The notes under the pieces are model-generated. The model made no database searches, was not told where the DNA came from, and saw only the letters and a list, made by a program, of their open reading frames with translations. From Candidatus Marinacidobacterales bacterium (GTDB taxonomy: Bacteria > Acidobacteriota > Vicinamibacteria > Marinacidobacterales > DATDRI01): a DNA stretch of 64,000 nucleotides. The stretch lies in the NCBI GenBank assembly GCA_965219415.1, contig CBDCNP010000002.1, positions 3,808,001 to 3,872,000 of the forward strand, in the 5' to 3' direction. A program made the position numbers and the translations under genes. Positions 11,225 to 20,043 of this stretch are shown here, in pieces. Every line of letters starts with the position of its first letter. Positions within the stretch are counted from its first letter, which is position 1.

Positions 11225-12618
11225 GGCTCCTCCTGCCCACCGCCGGAAAGTTCTTCCCGCTCCGTAAAGTAACGACCGATTGCCGACACGATGCGGGGAG
11301 GCACTTCGTAAACATGGTTATGGAGCACTTCTCGCCAAACGATCCGGTCACGATTCATTAGCCCGAGTCCGAACTGAACCATCAGCGAAAGGTTCCACAG
11401 GATGAAGAGACCCACCGCGGCATAAGAGCCGGCACGCCTAAGGAAAGGGCGCAGCGTCTCCATCACCAGCCCACCCCAAACCGCGAAGATGACGGTCGTG
11501 GCGACGAAACGCCGGGCGCCGAAGGCTCCCGCCATAGTCCAGGAATCCACCGCCCCCGAGATGTAAACCTGAGACAGGAAGCTCACCGCAAGCACGAAGC
11601 CTGCGCCGACCTCGCGCCGAAAGAGGAGTACCGCCCCCACGAAAAAAAGCACCAGCAACGGGCTCCAGAAAAGCAGGCCGTGCTCGCTCGAGAACAGCAC
11701 TTTGAAAAAGTGCGGCGAGTTCCAATACATCTTATTTGCAACGTGCGGCGAGGGAGCGGGGCGACCATAAAGGATTTGGTATACGAGTAACTGCGGCGCG
11801 AAAACGAAAAATGCGGCGGCACCGAAAGCCAGGACCCTTCTCACACGACCAGTTAGATCCGTTTCGAGCCGAGGAGACAGTGCCGCCACCAGAGCCGCCA
11901 CCGCGAACAAACCGTCCTGCTCGCGGATCAGCGCCATGAGCCCGGCCGAAACGCCCCACAGTGCCCAACGACCTAGCGAGCCCTCCGTTACCCACGGCCA
12001 AAGGCTGAAAAAAAGGGCGACCGCAAAGAGCGAAGCCGCATGGCTCATGCCCGGGGCGACATACATGTAGAAAGCCACCGGAGTCCCCCACCATAGACCC
12101 ACGACCGCTAGGAAGCAGGATTCCGCATCCGCGTAGCGACGTGCCAGCCGGTAGGAGAGAATGAGACCGATCGATCCGTAGATTGCCGAGGCCAGTGTCA
12201 CCGCCCATCGATAAGCACGTGAAAGACCATCGGGTTCGACCTCGGCACCGAACGATTGTGCCACCGAGGTCCCAGTGTGAGCGACCAGATAGAACGGTGC
12301 CCAGAGTAAAGCTGTTCCGATGGGGCCGAAGTTGTTCTTGAGCCCGGTGGGGGTCTCTCGATCGAGGAACGTCTCCTTGAAACCTTGGCGGCCTTCGGGA
12401 TCCTCCAGATAGAAGTACGTGTACTCGTTCGTGAAATCGAGATCCTGATCGAAGAGGATCGAGTGCAGGTAGGAAAAATACTCTACCGCGTCCGATTCCG
12501 CGATGCGGGGAGTTACCAGCACCAGCGATGCCAGCAGTAGGAGAGCCAGCAGAAGCTCGGCTTTTTCTCGGAAGGGTCGGAAAGACTTCAAAGCTCCTGT
12601 TTGAACCTCAGCCGCCAA
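11221..12618 (-). CDS. Polytopic membrane glycosyltransferase-like protein (GT-C fold)
   Basis: SDAVEYFSYLHS first-loop acidic motif, many TM segments, HGLLFWSP, FGARRF. Confidence 0.7.
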   Translation of the reverse strand: MAAEVQTGALKSFRPFREKAELLLALLLLASLVLVTPRIAESDAVEYFSYLHSILFDQDLDFTNEYTYFYLEDPEGRQGFKETFLDRETPTGLKNNFGPIGTALLWAPFYLVAHTGTSVAQSFGAEVEPDGLSRAYRWAVTLASAIYGSIGLILSYRLARRYADAESCFLAVVGLWWGTPVAFYMYVAPGMSHAASLFAVALFFSLWPWVTEGSLGRWALWGVSAGLMALIREQDGLFAVAALVAALSPRLETDLTGRVRRVLAFGAAAFFVFAPQLLVYQILYGRPAPSPHVANKMYWNSPHFFKVLFSSEHGLLFWSPLLVLFFVGAVLLFRREVGAGFVLAVSFLSQVYISGAVDSWTMAGAFGARRFVATTVIFAVWGGLVMETLRPFLRRAGSYAAVGLFILWNLSLMVQFGLGLMNRDRIVWREVLHNHVYEVPPRIVSAIGRYFTEREELSGGGQEEP

Positions 12619-13750
12619 CCGCCGCTTTGTAGAGACTCAAGTATGTTTCCAACGCCGCCTCGGGGCGGAACCGTTCTTCGATGTGTTGCAAGGTCTCCGC
12701 CGTGGAGCGGCGTGGCGCGGAAATCGAGGCCAGGACCTCGCGTGCCAATGCGCCCGGGTCACGCAGCGGAACGAGTTGCACATCGCCAGGAAAGAGCTCC
12801 TTCAACTCCGTTCCGCCGGGATGCTCCGCGGAAACCACCGGTGTGCCCGACGCGAGAGATTCCGCGGCCACGGTGGGGAAGGCTTCGAGAACGGACGGCA
12901 ACACAAAGAGATCGGCTGCCGTGTAATACGCGGGCAGCTCTCGATTGTCCACCAGTCCCAGAAGCTTGACCGCCTGGGCCAACTCCTTTTCCGCGATGAG
13001 TGCTTCCAACTCGGCGCGCGACTCGCCCTCGCCGGCGATCCACAACTTCGCAGAAGGAAAGCTTTTTAGAATCTCCGGCATCGCCTCGACCATGTAACGC
13101 TGGCCGGCCAGTGGATGGAGCCTCTTGACGTTCAGGATTAAAGGACCCGAGTCGGCACCCAGCTCCCGCCGCGTGTTCTCGCGCTCTTCCGCACCGACAA
13201 CGCGAAACGCGCGATCCACTGGCGGATAGACTACCGACCGATTGGAAGGCTCCACTCCCAATTCGATCGACCGCTCCAATAGACCCCGGCTGTAGTAGGT
13301 CACGTGTGCGGCGCGACGATTCATCCAGAGGAATGGATCAACGGGACGCTTGCGACGGAAGTGCCAGATCTCGGTTCCATAGTGCGTGAGAATAAACGGC
13401 CGTCCATGTTGCGAAGCGAGGGCCGCCGAGACCTGGTTCATGAACGTGTTGCTATGGACGTGCACCACGTCCGCACGCGAGATGGGTTTTCGCGCCTTGG
13501 CGAAAACCGTCGACGCGGTCGATAGCTGCGAAAGCTTGAGCTTCTTGCTCCAGCCGTGAGTTCCCGGCCGGTCGATGTAGACGACGTCCGACCGTCCCGA
13601 CGTATTGACCGGCTCTCCGTGTCGAGGCCGAAAAGCCACGAAGCTCACTTGGTGCCCGCCTGCCACCAAACCGTCCCCGAGCAACTGCGGTAGGAGCGCG
13701 TTGGCGGCGAGATCGGGTGGCAAATGGGGCGTCACCATACAGACTCTCAA
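12608..13750 (-). CDS. Glycosyltransferase family 4 (start re-assigned to TTG at 13750)
   Basis: LRVCMVTPHLPP start coupled to the upstream stop; DLFVLPSVLEAFPTVAAESLASGTPVV. Confidence 0.85.
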   Translation of the reverse strand: MRVCMVTPHLPPDLAANALLPQLLGDGLVAGGHQVSFVAFRPRHGEPVNTSGRSDVVYIDRPGTHGWSKKLKLSQLSTASTVFAKARKPISRADVVHVHSNTFMNQVSAALASQHGRPFILTHYGTEIWHFRRKRPVDPFLWMNRRAAHVTYYSRGLLERSIELGVEPSNRSVVYPPVDRAFRVVGAEERENTRRELGADSGPLILNVKRLHPLAGQRYMVEAMPEILKSFPSAKLWIAGEGESRAELEALIAEKELAQAVKLLGLVDNRELPAYYTAADLFVLPSVLEAFPTVAAESLASGTPVVSAEHPGGTELKELFPGDVQLVPLRDPGALAREVLASISAPRRSTAETLQHIEERFRPEAALETYLSLYKAAVGG

Positions 13751-14694
13751 GCCCGCTCTCCCCACTCCCGGTGAAACTCGCGGAAGGTCCTTCCAGCGGC
13801 GCCCCTCTCGGCTAGGAAGCGGAGCAGCGTCGATAGATTCTCGTAGAAAGTCTCGACGTCCTCCGGCGTGCTGTTGTAAGGGCTTCCTCCCGGAATCAAC
13901 TCGCTGGAGTGGAAGATGATGTTCGCCACCGGCATCTTGGCTTTCAACAAGTGCTCGGCTAGCCACAGCATGTCTTCGGTCTTCGAATAGGACGGTCGCA
14001 GCCATATCGGTCGGACGATACGCAGAAGTCGTAGCACTCGACGGAAGGTATAGGCGGGGGTAAAGTCCGCGTAGGCGGTTTCTAGCCGATGAGGTAGCCT
14101 TCGATTGAGAGCACTGGTGATCGGTATCTCTAGGAGTCGACTCGCTCCTGCACGGCGCGGATCCCCGCCGCTAACAAAGTAAGGCTCGAGACGAGCACCC
14201 GCGAACGAGGGCCCTCCTTTCGTCCGCTCGTTGAAGAAGGGATCGACGCTCGAGTCCACCGTATACCCTTCTGACTCCAAGGCTCCGACGTGGGATCCGG
14301 TAAAACCATTCCGGCCCGAACGGTAGGAAACTGGAGATTCCCCGGTCACTTCTCCAACCGCTTCGGTCAAGGCGCGAAGCTGAGAACGAAATTGCTCCAG
14401 GCTCAGATTGAGCGGAAAGAGATGGCCGTCGCTCGGCGGGGGCGTCGTCCACGGGTGGTGGTGAGAACCGATCTCACATCGACCCTCATGGGCAAGGTCC
14501 CGGAGAATGGAACGGCTTACCGGATCCTTGGCGACTTCATAGGTGACGAGATAGGTAGGTCGAACTCCATACTGATCGCACAGTTTCTGTAGCCTCGGAA
14601 GCTCGGTAATGTTCCGAAGCATGATCTTGTCACGGCCCGCCGCGCTCCACTGGTCATCCGCCTCGGTGTCGACACCGAGCAGAACCCGCGTCAT
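13747..14694 (-). CDS. Polysaccharide deacetylase family protein (WalW-like)
   Basis: VDTEAD, EIGSHHHPW, SYRSGR, VDSSV, FHSSEL motifs; ATG at 14694 overlaps the GNAT stop. Confidence 0.85.
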   Translation of the reverse strand: MTRVLLGVDTEADDQWSAAGRDKIMLRNITELPRLQKLCDQYGVRPTYLVTYEVAKDPVSRSILRDLAHEGRCEIGSHHHPWTTPPPSDGHLFPLNLSLEQFRSQLRALTEAVGEVTGESPVSYRSGRNGFTGSHVGALESEGYTVDSSVDPFFNERTKGGPSFAGARLEPYFVSGGDPRRAGASRLLEIPITSALNRRLPHRLETAYADFTPAYTFRRVLRLLRIVRPIWLRPSYSKTEDMLWLAEHLLKAKMPVANIIFHSSELIPGGSPYNSTPEDVETFYENLSTLLRFLAERGAAGRTFREFHREWGERA

Positions 14695-15812
14695 TGATGT
14701 CGATCCTGATCGGAATCCCCGAACGCCACATGCCAACGGGAGGTGTCACGGAAAAAGGACTCGCTCGCGTACTGTTCGCGGATCCGCAAGCAGAACTGCA
14801 TGGGGCTCCCGATCTCGAAAAAACCCTTGTAACGAAGTCGCCGCGCGAGGCGTTGATCGAACGTGAAACTTTGAAGCCGGGCCACCCGATTCTTTCGTCC
14901 CCACGCCGCGGCACGATCGAGTAGCGCGTCGAGCACCGTCCGATCTTCAGGGTGCGCGAACAAGTCTACGATCAGCCCCAGTCGAACACCGCCTGCCTCA
15001 GCGGCGCGAAGAACGATAAAGCCCGCCACTTCCCCGTCGCGCAGCGCTTGAAAGATCTCGTAAGACACATGGGGAGCACGGTGGTACTTCCATTCCAGGT
15101 AAGTCGCCTTCCGCTCGGCAACGAAATCAAAGCCGGGGGAAGCCTTTTTCCACAGGCGATCGAAACCGTCACCAAACGCTCCTTCGAGCCGCTGCACGTC
15201 GACCCCTTCTCGGGATGTCGGCGATGTCCCGCCGGCTTTCCGACCGCGAGCCGGAAACGCGGCGCCCAAAAAGGTCTTGGCCAACGGCGAGACGAGGCGG
15301 GCGGGTAGAGATCCGATCCGTCGCGCGAAGAGCATGGCGGGATCGAGAATGCGTGTGTAGCAGGGGACGGGTCCCACGTCGTGCCATTGGAGCTTTTGGA
15401 AAAGAGTGTAGGATGCGAGGGATAGCCCCAGGCCAAGCGATGCCTCGACATTCTGGTCCCAGTACAAAAATAGCCGGGAGCCCACTCCCTTTCTTTGCAC
15501 CGAAGAACGCACCATCACGTCCATGCCCCAGGATGCGCGCACGATATGGTCCTTGACCTTGAGGCGGACCGGCATGGATGCGTATTGCCCTAGAACCTCC
15601 CCACCCTCTTTGGCCACCCAGATCTCAGGCCCCTCGTCCGGGCAATGGGGGTTCTCCTGGTATTGCCACTGCCAGCGCCCGCGGTTGAGTCGCGCGGCCT
15701 CGGTACCGAAAACCTCGGCGTACATGCCCTCGAGGGCTTCCTCGTCTTCGGGTTGTCGCCGGCCGATCACGATCTCGTCCCGAGCGCGGGTAGATCCGTT
15801 GCCTGAGCTCAT
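14691..15812 (-). CDS. GNAT-family N-acetyltransferase (tandem GNAT, polysaccharide-locus type)
   Basis: WQWQYQENP, DVMVRSSVQRKGVG acetyl-CoA motif, YLEWKY. Confidence 0.8.
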   Translation of the reverse strand: MSSGNGSTRARDEIVIGRRQPEDEEALEGMYAEVFGTEAARLNRGRWQWQYQENPHCPDEGPEIWVAKEGGEVLGQYASMPVRLKVKDHIVRASWGMDVMVRSSVQRKGVGSRLFLYWDQNVEASLGLGLSLASYTLFQKLQWHDVGPVPCYTRILDPAMLFARRIGSLPARLVSPLAKTFLGAAFPARGRKAGGTSPTSREGVDVQRLEGAFGDGFDRLWKKASPGFDFVAERKATYLEWKYHRAPHVSYEIFQALRDGEVAGFIVLRAAEAGGVRLGLIVDLFAHPEDRTVLDALLDRAAAWGRKNRVARLQSFTFDQRLARRLRYKGFFEIGSPMQFCLRIREQYASESFFRDTSRWHVAFGDSDQDRHQ

Positions 15813-15890
15813 CGTGAAACAGTGGATGTTAGCACAGCGACCCGAGAGACCGCATGTAAGCCCTGCTAAAGAAGAGTGATAGACGCCGAG

Positions 15891-17262
15891 GAGCTACCCT
15901 CAGAAGGTGTGGAAATAAAGTAAAGGCGGAGTAACCTTCCGCGTCACGAAACACGGCGTGAAGGGGCCAACGGAAGGAGACACCGCCATGAAGGAAAAGA
16001 CCACAAGACGACGGAGCTCGTCAAGGGTGGCTTGGGAGTCGCTGGAGAAGTGGGCGAGGCTCGAGATCCAGGATTGGGTGCAGGAGCTGATGGTAGCCGA
16101 AGTCACGGAGCTTCTCGGGCGTGAGAAATCGGAGAGACGGAAGCCCGTGGACACAACGGCGGGCTATCGAAATGGATACGGTAAGCCTCGGAAGCTGACG
16201 ATGAGCGTGGGCACGGTGACGGTTCGCCGGCCGAGAGTAGGGGACGTGGAGGAGAGGTTCGAAAGTCGAGTGCTTCCGCTGTTCAAGCGTCGGAGCGAAA
16301 CGGTGAGCGAGTTGATTCCGGAGCTGTACCTGCATGGACTAGCTCACGGAGATTTCGATTTGGCGCTCCGCGGGCTTCTAGGGGAGGACGCTCCACTTTC
16401 TCCCAGCACGGTGTCGCGGCTGAAACAGAAATGGCAGGGAGAGTACGAGCAGTGGCTAGCTCGCCCACTGGACGAACTCGAGCTCGTGTCCCTGTGGGTA
16501 GATGGCGTGTACGTGAAGGCCGGCCTTGAGAAGGACAAGGCGGCGGTGCTAGTTGCGGTTGGTGGCCTGTCCGACGGGACGAAAATCGTCCTGACGCTGG
16601 AGGCCGGGCATCGAGAATCCGAAGCGTCATGGTCGTCGCTGCTACGGAGACTGAAGAAGCGCGGTCTGAGATGTCCCCGTTTGGTGATCGGTGACGGTCA
16701 TCTCGGCATCTGGGCCGCGACCCGAAACGTATTTCCAGGAGCTGAGGAGCAGCAGTGCTGGAACCACCGAATCCTCAACGTACTGGACCGGATTCCGAAA
16801 AGGGACCAGGCGCAGGCCAAGCCGCTGTTGACGGCGACCCCCTACCCCACCAGCCTGCAGGAGTGCGAGACGAAGAAGGCCAAGTTCCAGGATTGGTGCT
16901 TGCGCAAGGGTCTTCCGGGGGCCGCGCACGTGCTCGACGAGGACTGGGAGCGGATGGTCAGCTTCTATTCCTTTCCCAAGCCTCACTGGCAACACCTTCG
17001 CACGAGCAACGTCGTGGAGTCACCGTTCGCTGCACTGAGATTGAGAACGGATGCGGCCAAAAGGTTCAAGAAAGTCGAGTCCGCCACTGCGACAATCTTC
17101 AAACTGCTTCTGGTTGCGGAGAAGAATTTTCGCCGGCTCAACGCACCGGAGCTGATGCGAGAGGTTCACCTGGGCGTTCGATTTGAAGATGGAGACAGGG
17201 TAACGGAGTCGTCGAAGGTTGCTGCTGCCTAAACTTTTTTACACACCTATTGACAAGAGCTC
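15891..17262 (+). mobile_element. IS256-family insertion sequence
   Basis: Imperfect terminal inverted repeats GAGCTaccctcagaAGGTGTGgAAATAAAGT versus reverse complement GAGCTcttgtcaatAGGTGTGtAAAAAAAGT; 9-bp flanks GACGCCGAG (15882-15890) and GACGCCTAG (17263-17271). Confidence 0.9.
15988..17232 (+). CDS. IS256-family (Mutator-like) DDE transposase, intact
   Basis: YRNGY, LWVDGVY, LVIGDG, QQCWNH, RTSNVVESPF; RBS GGAAGGAG before ATG 15988. Confidence 0.92.
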   Translation: MKEKTTRRRSSSRVAWESLEKWARLEIQDWVQELMVAEVTELLGREKSERRKPVDTTAGYRNGYGKPRKLTMSVGTVTVRRPRVGDVEERFESRVLPLFKRRSETVSELIPELYLHGLAHGDFDLALRGLLGEDAPLSPSTVSRLKQKWQGEYEQWLARPLDELELVSLWVDGVYVKAGLEKDKAAVLVAVGGLSDGTKIVLTLEAGHRESEASWSSLLRRLKKRGLRCPRLVIGDGHLGIWAATRNVFPGAEEQQCWNHRILNVLDRIPKRDQAQAKPLLTATPYPTSLQECETKKAKFQDWCLRKGLPGAAHVLDEDWERMVSFYSFPKPHWQHLRTSNVVESPFAALRLRTDAAKRFKKVESATATIFKLLLVAEKNFRRLNAPELMREVHLGVRFEDGDRVTESSKVAAA

Positions 17263-17341
17263 GACGCCTAGCCCCACACACTCTGCGCCGTGGTAGGGAC
17301 GGTTGGAAAGGCGTCACTATTGCCTGATAAGGTAGCCGGGT

Positions 17342-17623
17342 ATGCACTGTCTGATGGGATGTTTGGCTCTTCTGACTCCTCGCCTGGCCATTCTCCTGGT
17401 GTTTTTCTTCAGCAACTACATCGGTCGCGCCTATGAGACGGCGCTCTGGCCCCTCCTAGGCTTCGTCTTCATGCCCTTGACGGCCCTCGCGTACGCGTGG
17501 GCGGTTAATACCAATTCCACGGTGACGGGGATTTACTTGGTGGTGGTAGTGATTGCCGTTCTGATCGATTTGGGGCTTGTCGGAACGAGCGCGTCGGCTC
17601 GGCGAAGAAGGGGGAACTGGTAG
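17342..17623 (+). CDS. Small membrane protein, hypothetical
   Basis: 93 aa, about three hydrophobic segments, PRLA...WPLLGFVFMPLTALAY. Confidence 0.75.
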   Translation: MHCLMGCLALLTPRLAILLVFFFSNYIGRAYETALWPLLGFVFMPLTALAYAWAVNTNSTVTGIYLVVVVIAVLIDLGLVGTSASARRRRGNW

Positions 17624-17673
17624 AAAGGGACAGGCCAGTCGAGTGACCAGCGTGTCCCCGAGATTCGGTAATT

Positions 17674-17904
17674 TTAGTCGTGAGTGACGGTTAACTGGTA
17701 GATGGCGTTATCGGCCATGACCCGGATCTTGTCGTCGATCATGATGCGCCGGACATACGAGATGTCGTTGTGGACGCCTTCCACTCCCTTGACCTTCTTG
17801 GCGGCCTCTTCGGCGTCAGTCCGCAACTGCGTGCTGATGGCCATGCCCTTGAGGTCGACGACATTACCCGAGCACGCCACCGATGTAAAGCGCTGTCCCG
17901 TCAT
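17674..17904 (-). pseudogene. Short BON-domain ORF, probably a fragment
   Basis: VVDLKG...AEEAAKKVKGVEGVHNDI BON motif followed by the start of a second BON (DDKIR); no signal peptide. Confidence 0.5.
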
Positions 17905-18767
17905 TGGTTCTCGAGGACCGGCACGCCGAGCACAACCGACAAGACGATGGACAACACGGTGAGCGCAATGCAAACGAGCGCCACCAGCAGATGGTCTCCC
18001 CTCTCCGGCAACAAGGGATCCAAGAAGCGTGCCGTGTAATATCCACCGGCGAAACCGCCCGCGTGAGCGTAGTTGTCGACACCGGGAAAGACCAGCCCGA
18101 AGATAAAAAGGATCACCGCGTAGCTCACCGCCTGTCGGCCCAGGAGACTGCTCCCTCCGCGCTTTCCATAGAAAACGAGCGCCCCGAGCAAGCCGAAAAT
18201 AGGAGCCGAAGCCCCTACCGTGAAAATAGCACCTCGCAGAAGGGGGAAAGGGAAAGCTCCGAGGTAGTATCCGGCGAGGCTGCTGAGTACGAAGCCGGTG
18301 ATCGAGGACACGGTGTAGATGACGACCAGGCGGGCCGGGCCGTAGGCCTCCGCAGTCGCGGGAGCCAGTTGGCGCACCCACATCATGTTGAAACCGATGT
18401 GAATCAAGCCGCCGTGGAGCCAAGCCGCACTCAGGACGGTCCACCACCGACCATACTCGAAGACCGGCGCCGCCCCGCTTGCTCCGAAGAGAAAGAGCGC
18501 GCGGACGCCCGGCGACAAAAAAGACAATGCGCCGCCGGTTCTAATGCTCGAGGGATCGATCAGAAGCGTCGCCACGTAGAGCGTCACGCATCCCGCGAGC
18601 ACCATCTGCGTGAAACCCAGATCCATGCCCAGCCGACGCAGCATCGGAGCATAGCCCCAGAGGCCCGGGTTCCACCGGCTGCAATTCATGCAGCGCTCGT
18701 CGTTCACGCCCACCAAACTGCCGCAGCCGGCGCAGAGCACCGATCCGGTCTTTTGTGGTCCCCACAT
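17901..18767 (-). CDS. Rhomboid-family intramembrane serine protease with N-terminal Cys-rich (zinc-ribbon-like) segment
   Basis: WLHGGLIHIGFNM, VGASAPIFG (catalytic Ser), DNYAHAGGF (His); CAGC...CMNC. Confidence 0.92.
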   Translation of the reverse strand: MWGPQKTGSVLCAGCGSLVGVNDERCMNCSRWNPGLWGYAPMLRRLGMDLGFTQMVLAGCVTLYVATLLIDPSSIRTGGALSFLSPGVRALFLFGASGAAPVFEYGRWWTVLSAAWLHGGLIHIGFNMMWVRQLAPATAEAYGPARLVVIYTVSSITGFVLSSLAGYYLGAFPFPLLRGAIFTVGASAPIFGLLGALVFYGKRGGSSLLGRQAVSYAVILFIFGLVFPGVDNYAHAGGFAGGYYTARFLDPLLPERGDHLLVALVCIALTVLSIVLSVVLGVPVLENQ

Positions 18768-18769
18768 AG

Positions 18770-18836
18770 TTGCTATCATTATGTTCCAAAGGGCTGCTAT
18801 GGCCGAACGAGTTGTGTAGTCGTTGCAGCCGGTGTG
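18770..18836 (+). repeat. Degenerate copy of the mutT upstream region and first ~13 codons (direct repeat of 23344..23413)
   Basis: TTGCTATCATT..ATGGCCGAACGAGTTGTG-TAGTCGTTGCAGCCGGTGTG aligns with TTGCTATCATT..ATGCCCGAACGCGTTGCGTTAGTCGTTGCAGCCGGCGTG. Confidence 0.85.
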
Positions 18837-18888
18837 ATCTGAGGAATCTGGCAGGCCTTCAGCCCGTCAGCCTACCGGTCGGACGTTC

Positions 18889-19777
18889 TTATTGGGCGTC
18901 TTGGGCTACCCACTGCGGATCCGCACTTGTCCGCCCCCGGATTTTCTCCGCGGAAACCGTTGTTGCCGGCCGCCGAGAGATCGGAGACAACCTGTCCCGA
19001 GCCTTCGTCGAAGCTCCAATAGCCCACCAGAGCGGGGGAGTCTCGATCCACGCCGGAGTCGAAAACCTCGTTGATCTCACCGTCAGTTAGAACGACGTTC
19101 CACATGGCGGGCTCGTCTATGAGCCCGGGGAAAAACCAAACCGGAGGTTCCCGCCCGCCGGGGGGCGGTCCGATCGTGCCGAAGGTGCACCCGACCGACA
19201 ACACCTGGAAGTTGTTCGAGGAAGGGACGCCGGTGCTCTGGCAGCTCGCCTCCCTGTTTCCATCGACGTAGACGCTCAACTCGCCGAAACCACTGCGTGT
19301 GACGGCGACGTGGTGCCAAACATCGTCGGCCACGAAGAGGTTGCCGCTGCTGCACGAGCCTGACGGCGTGCAGCTGTTCGAGGGATAGCAGTAGTTGTTT
19401 TCCCTCGAGTCCTCGAGCATGACCTCGAGGGTTCCGTCCGGCAGCACGTAGAGCTGCCAACTCAGATTGAAGGAGTTGTCATCCTCGCCCAGGGCGATGA
19501 CCGAGGCCCGCCCCTGCGGCGGTGTGAGCTTGATCCAGGCACCGATGGTGAAGATTTCCGTGGGGAACGACGGGTCGTATGGCACCGTGACGCGATCGTC
19601 GGATCCGTCGAACCTGAGCGCACTCGCGCCTCCCGGGACCGCCGGAGCGTTCTCGACAGCGTCCGGCTCCTCGACGACGTCGGGCCCGGTCGGCCCGGCG
19701 TCATCCGCGTCGTCGCCACATGAGAGGAGCGCAATCGCGGAAAGTCCAATGAAAACTACGAGACAACGTCTATGCAA
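18889..19777 (-). CDS. LamG-like jelly-roll lipoprotein; C-terminal frameshift at ~18930 (likely true end SADPQWVAQDAQ)
   Basis: Lipobox LLSC, ALRFDGSDD, FTIGAWIK, WHHVAVT, VYVDG, LVGYWSFDEGSG. Confidence 0.8.
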
Positions 19778-20043
19778 CGTTCACCTCTACGGCTTCTCCC
19801 GCTCCGGCCGCTGACTCCTAAATCTCTCGATGCGCTCCCTCCGGGAATGCAGGCCCTCCGGGTTGAGCCAATCGTTTTACGAAGCATGTTCCACACTCCT
19901 CTCCGCGTTCTCGCTGGTACATTGTAGCCAGCTAGAACCCTCTGGCTCATCAAATTTTCGTAAAGGTTCTGTTAAGAATGTAAAGGAGGGCGAACTTTAT
20001 TTCACCAAGCTTTTCCGCTCGTCTGAGACGTCCGCTCGGCTTC

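Noticed and set aside
7662-14005. Long N-terminal extensions of ORFs 7662..9410 and 12608..14005 (also 13747..14736 and 60812..62809)
   Set aside because: The extensions overlap genuine upstream genes; family-typical starts coincide with stop/start overlaps or the MCGI motif.
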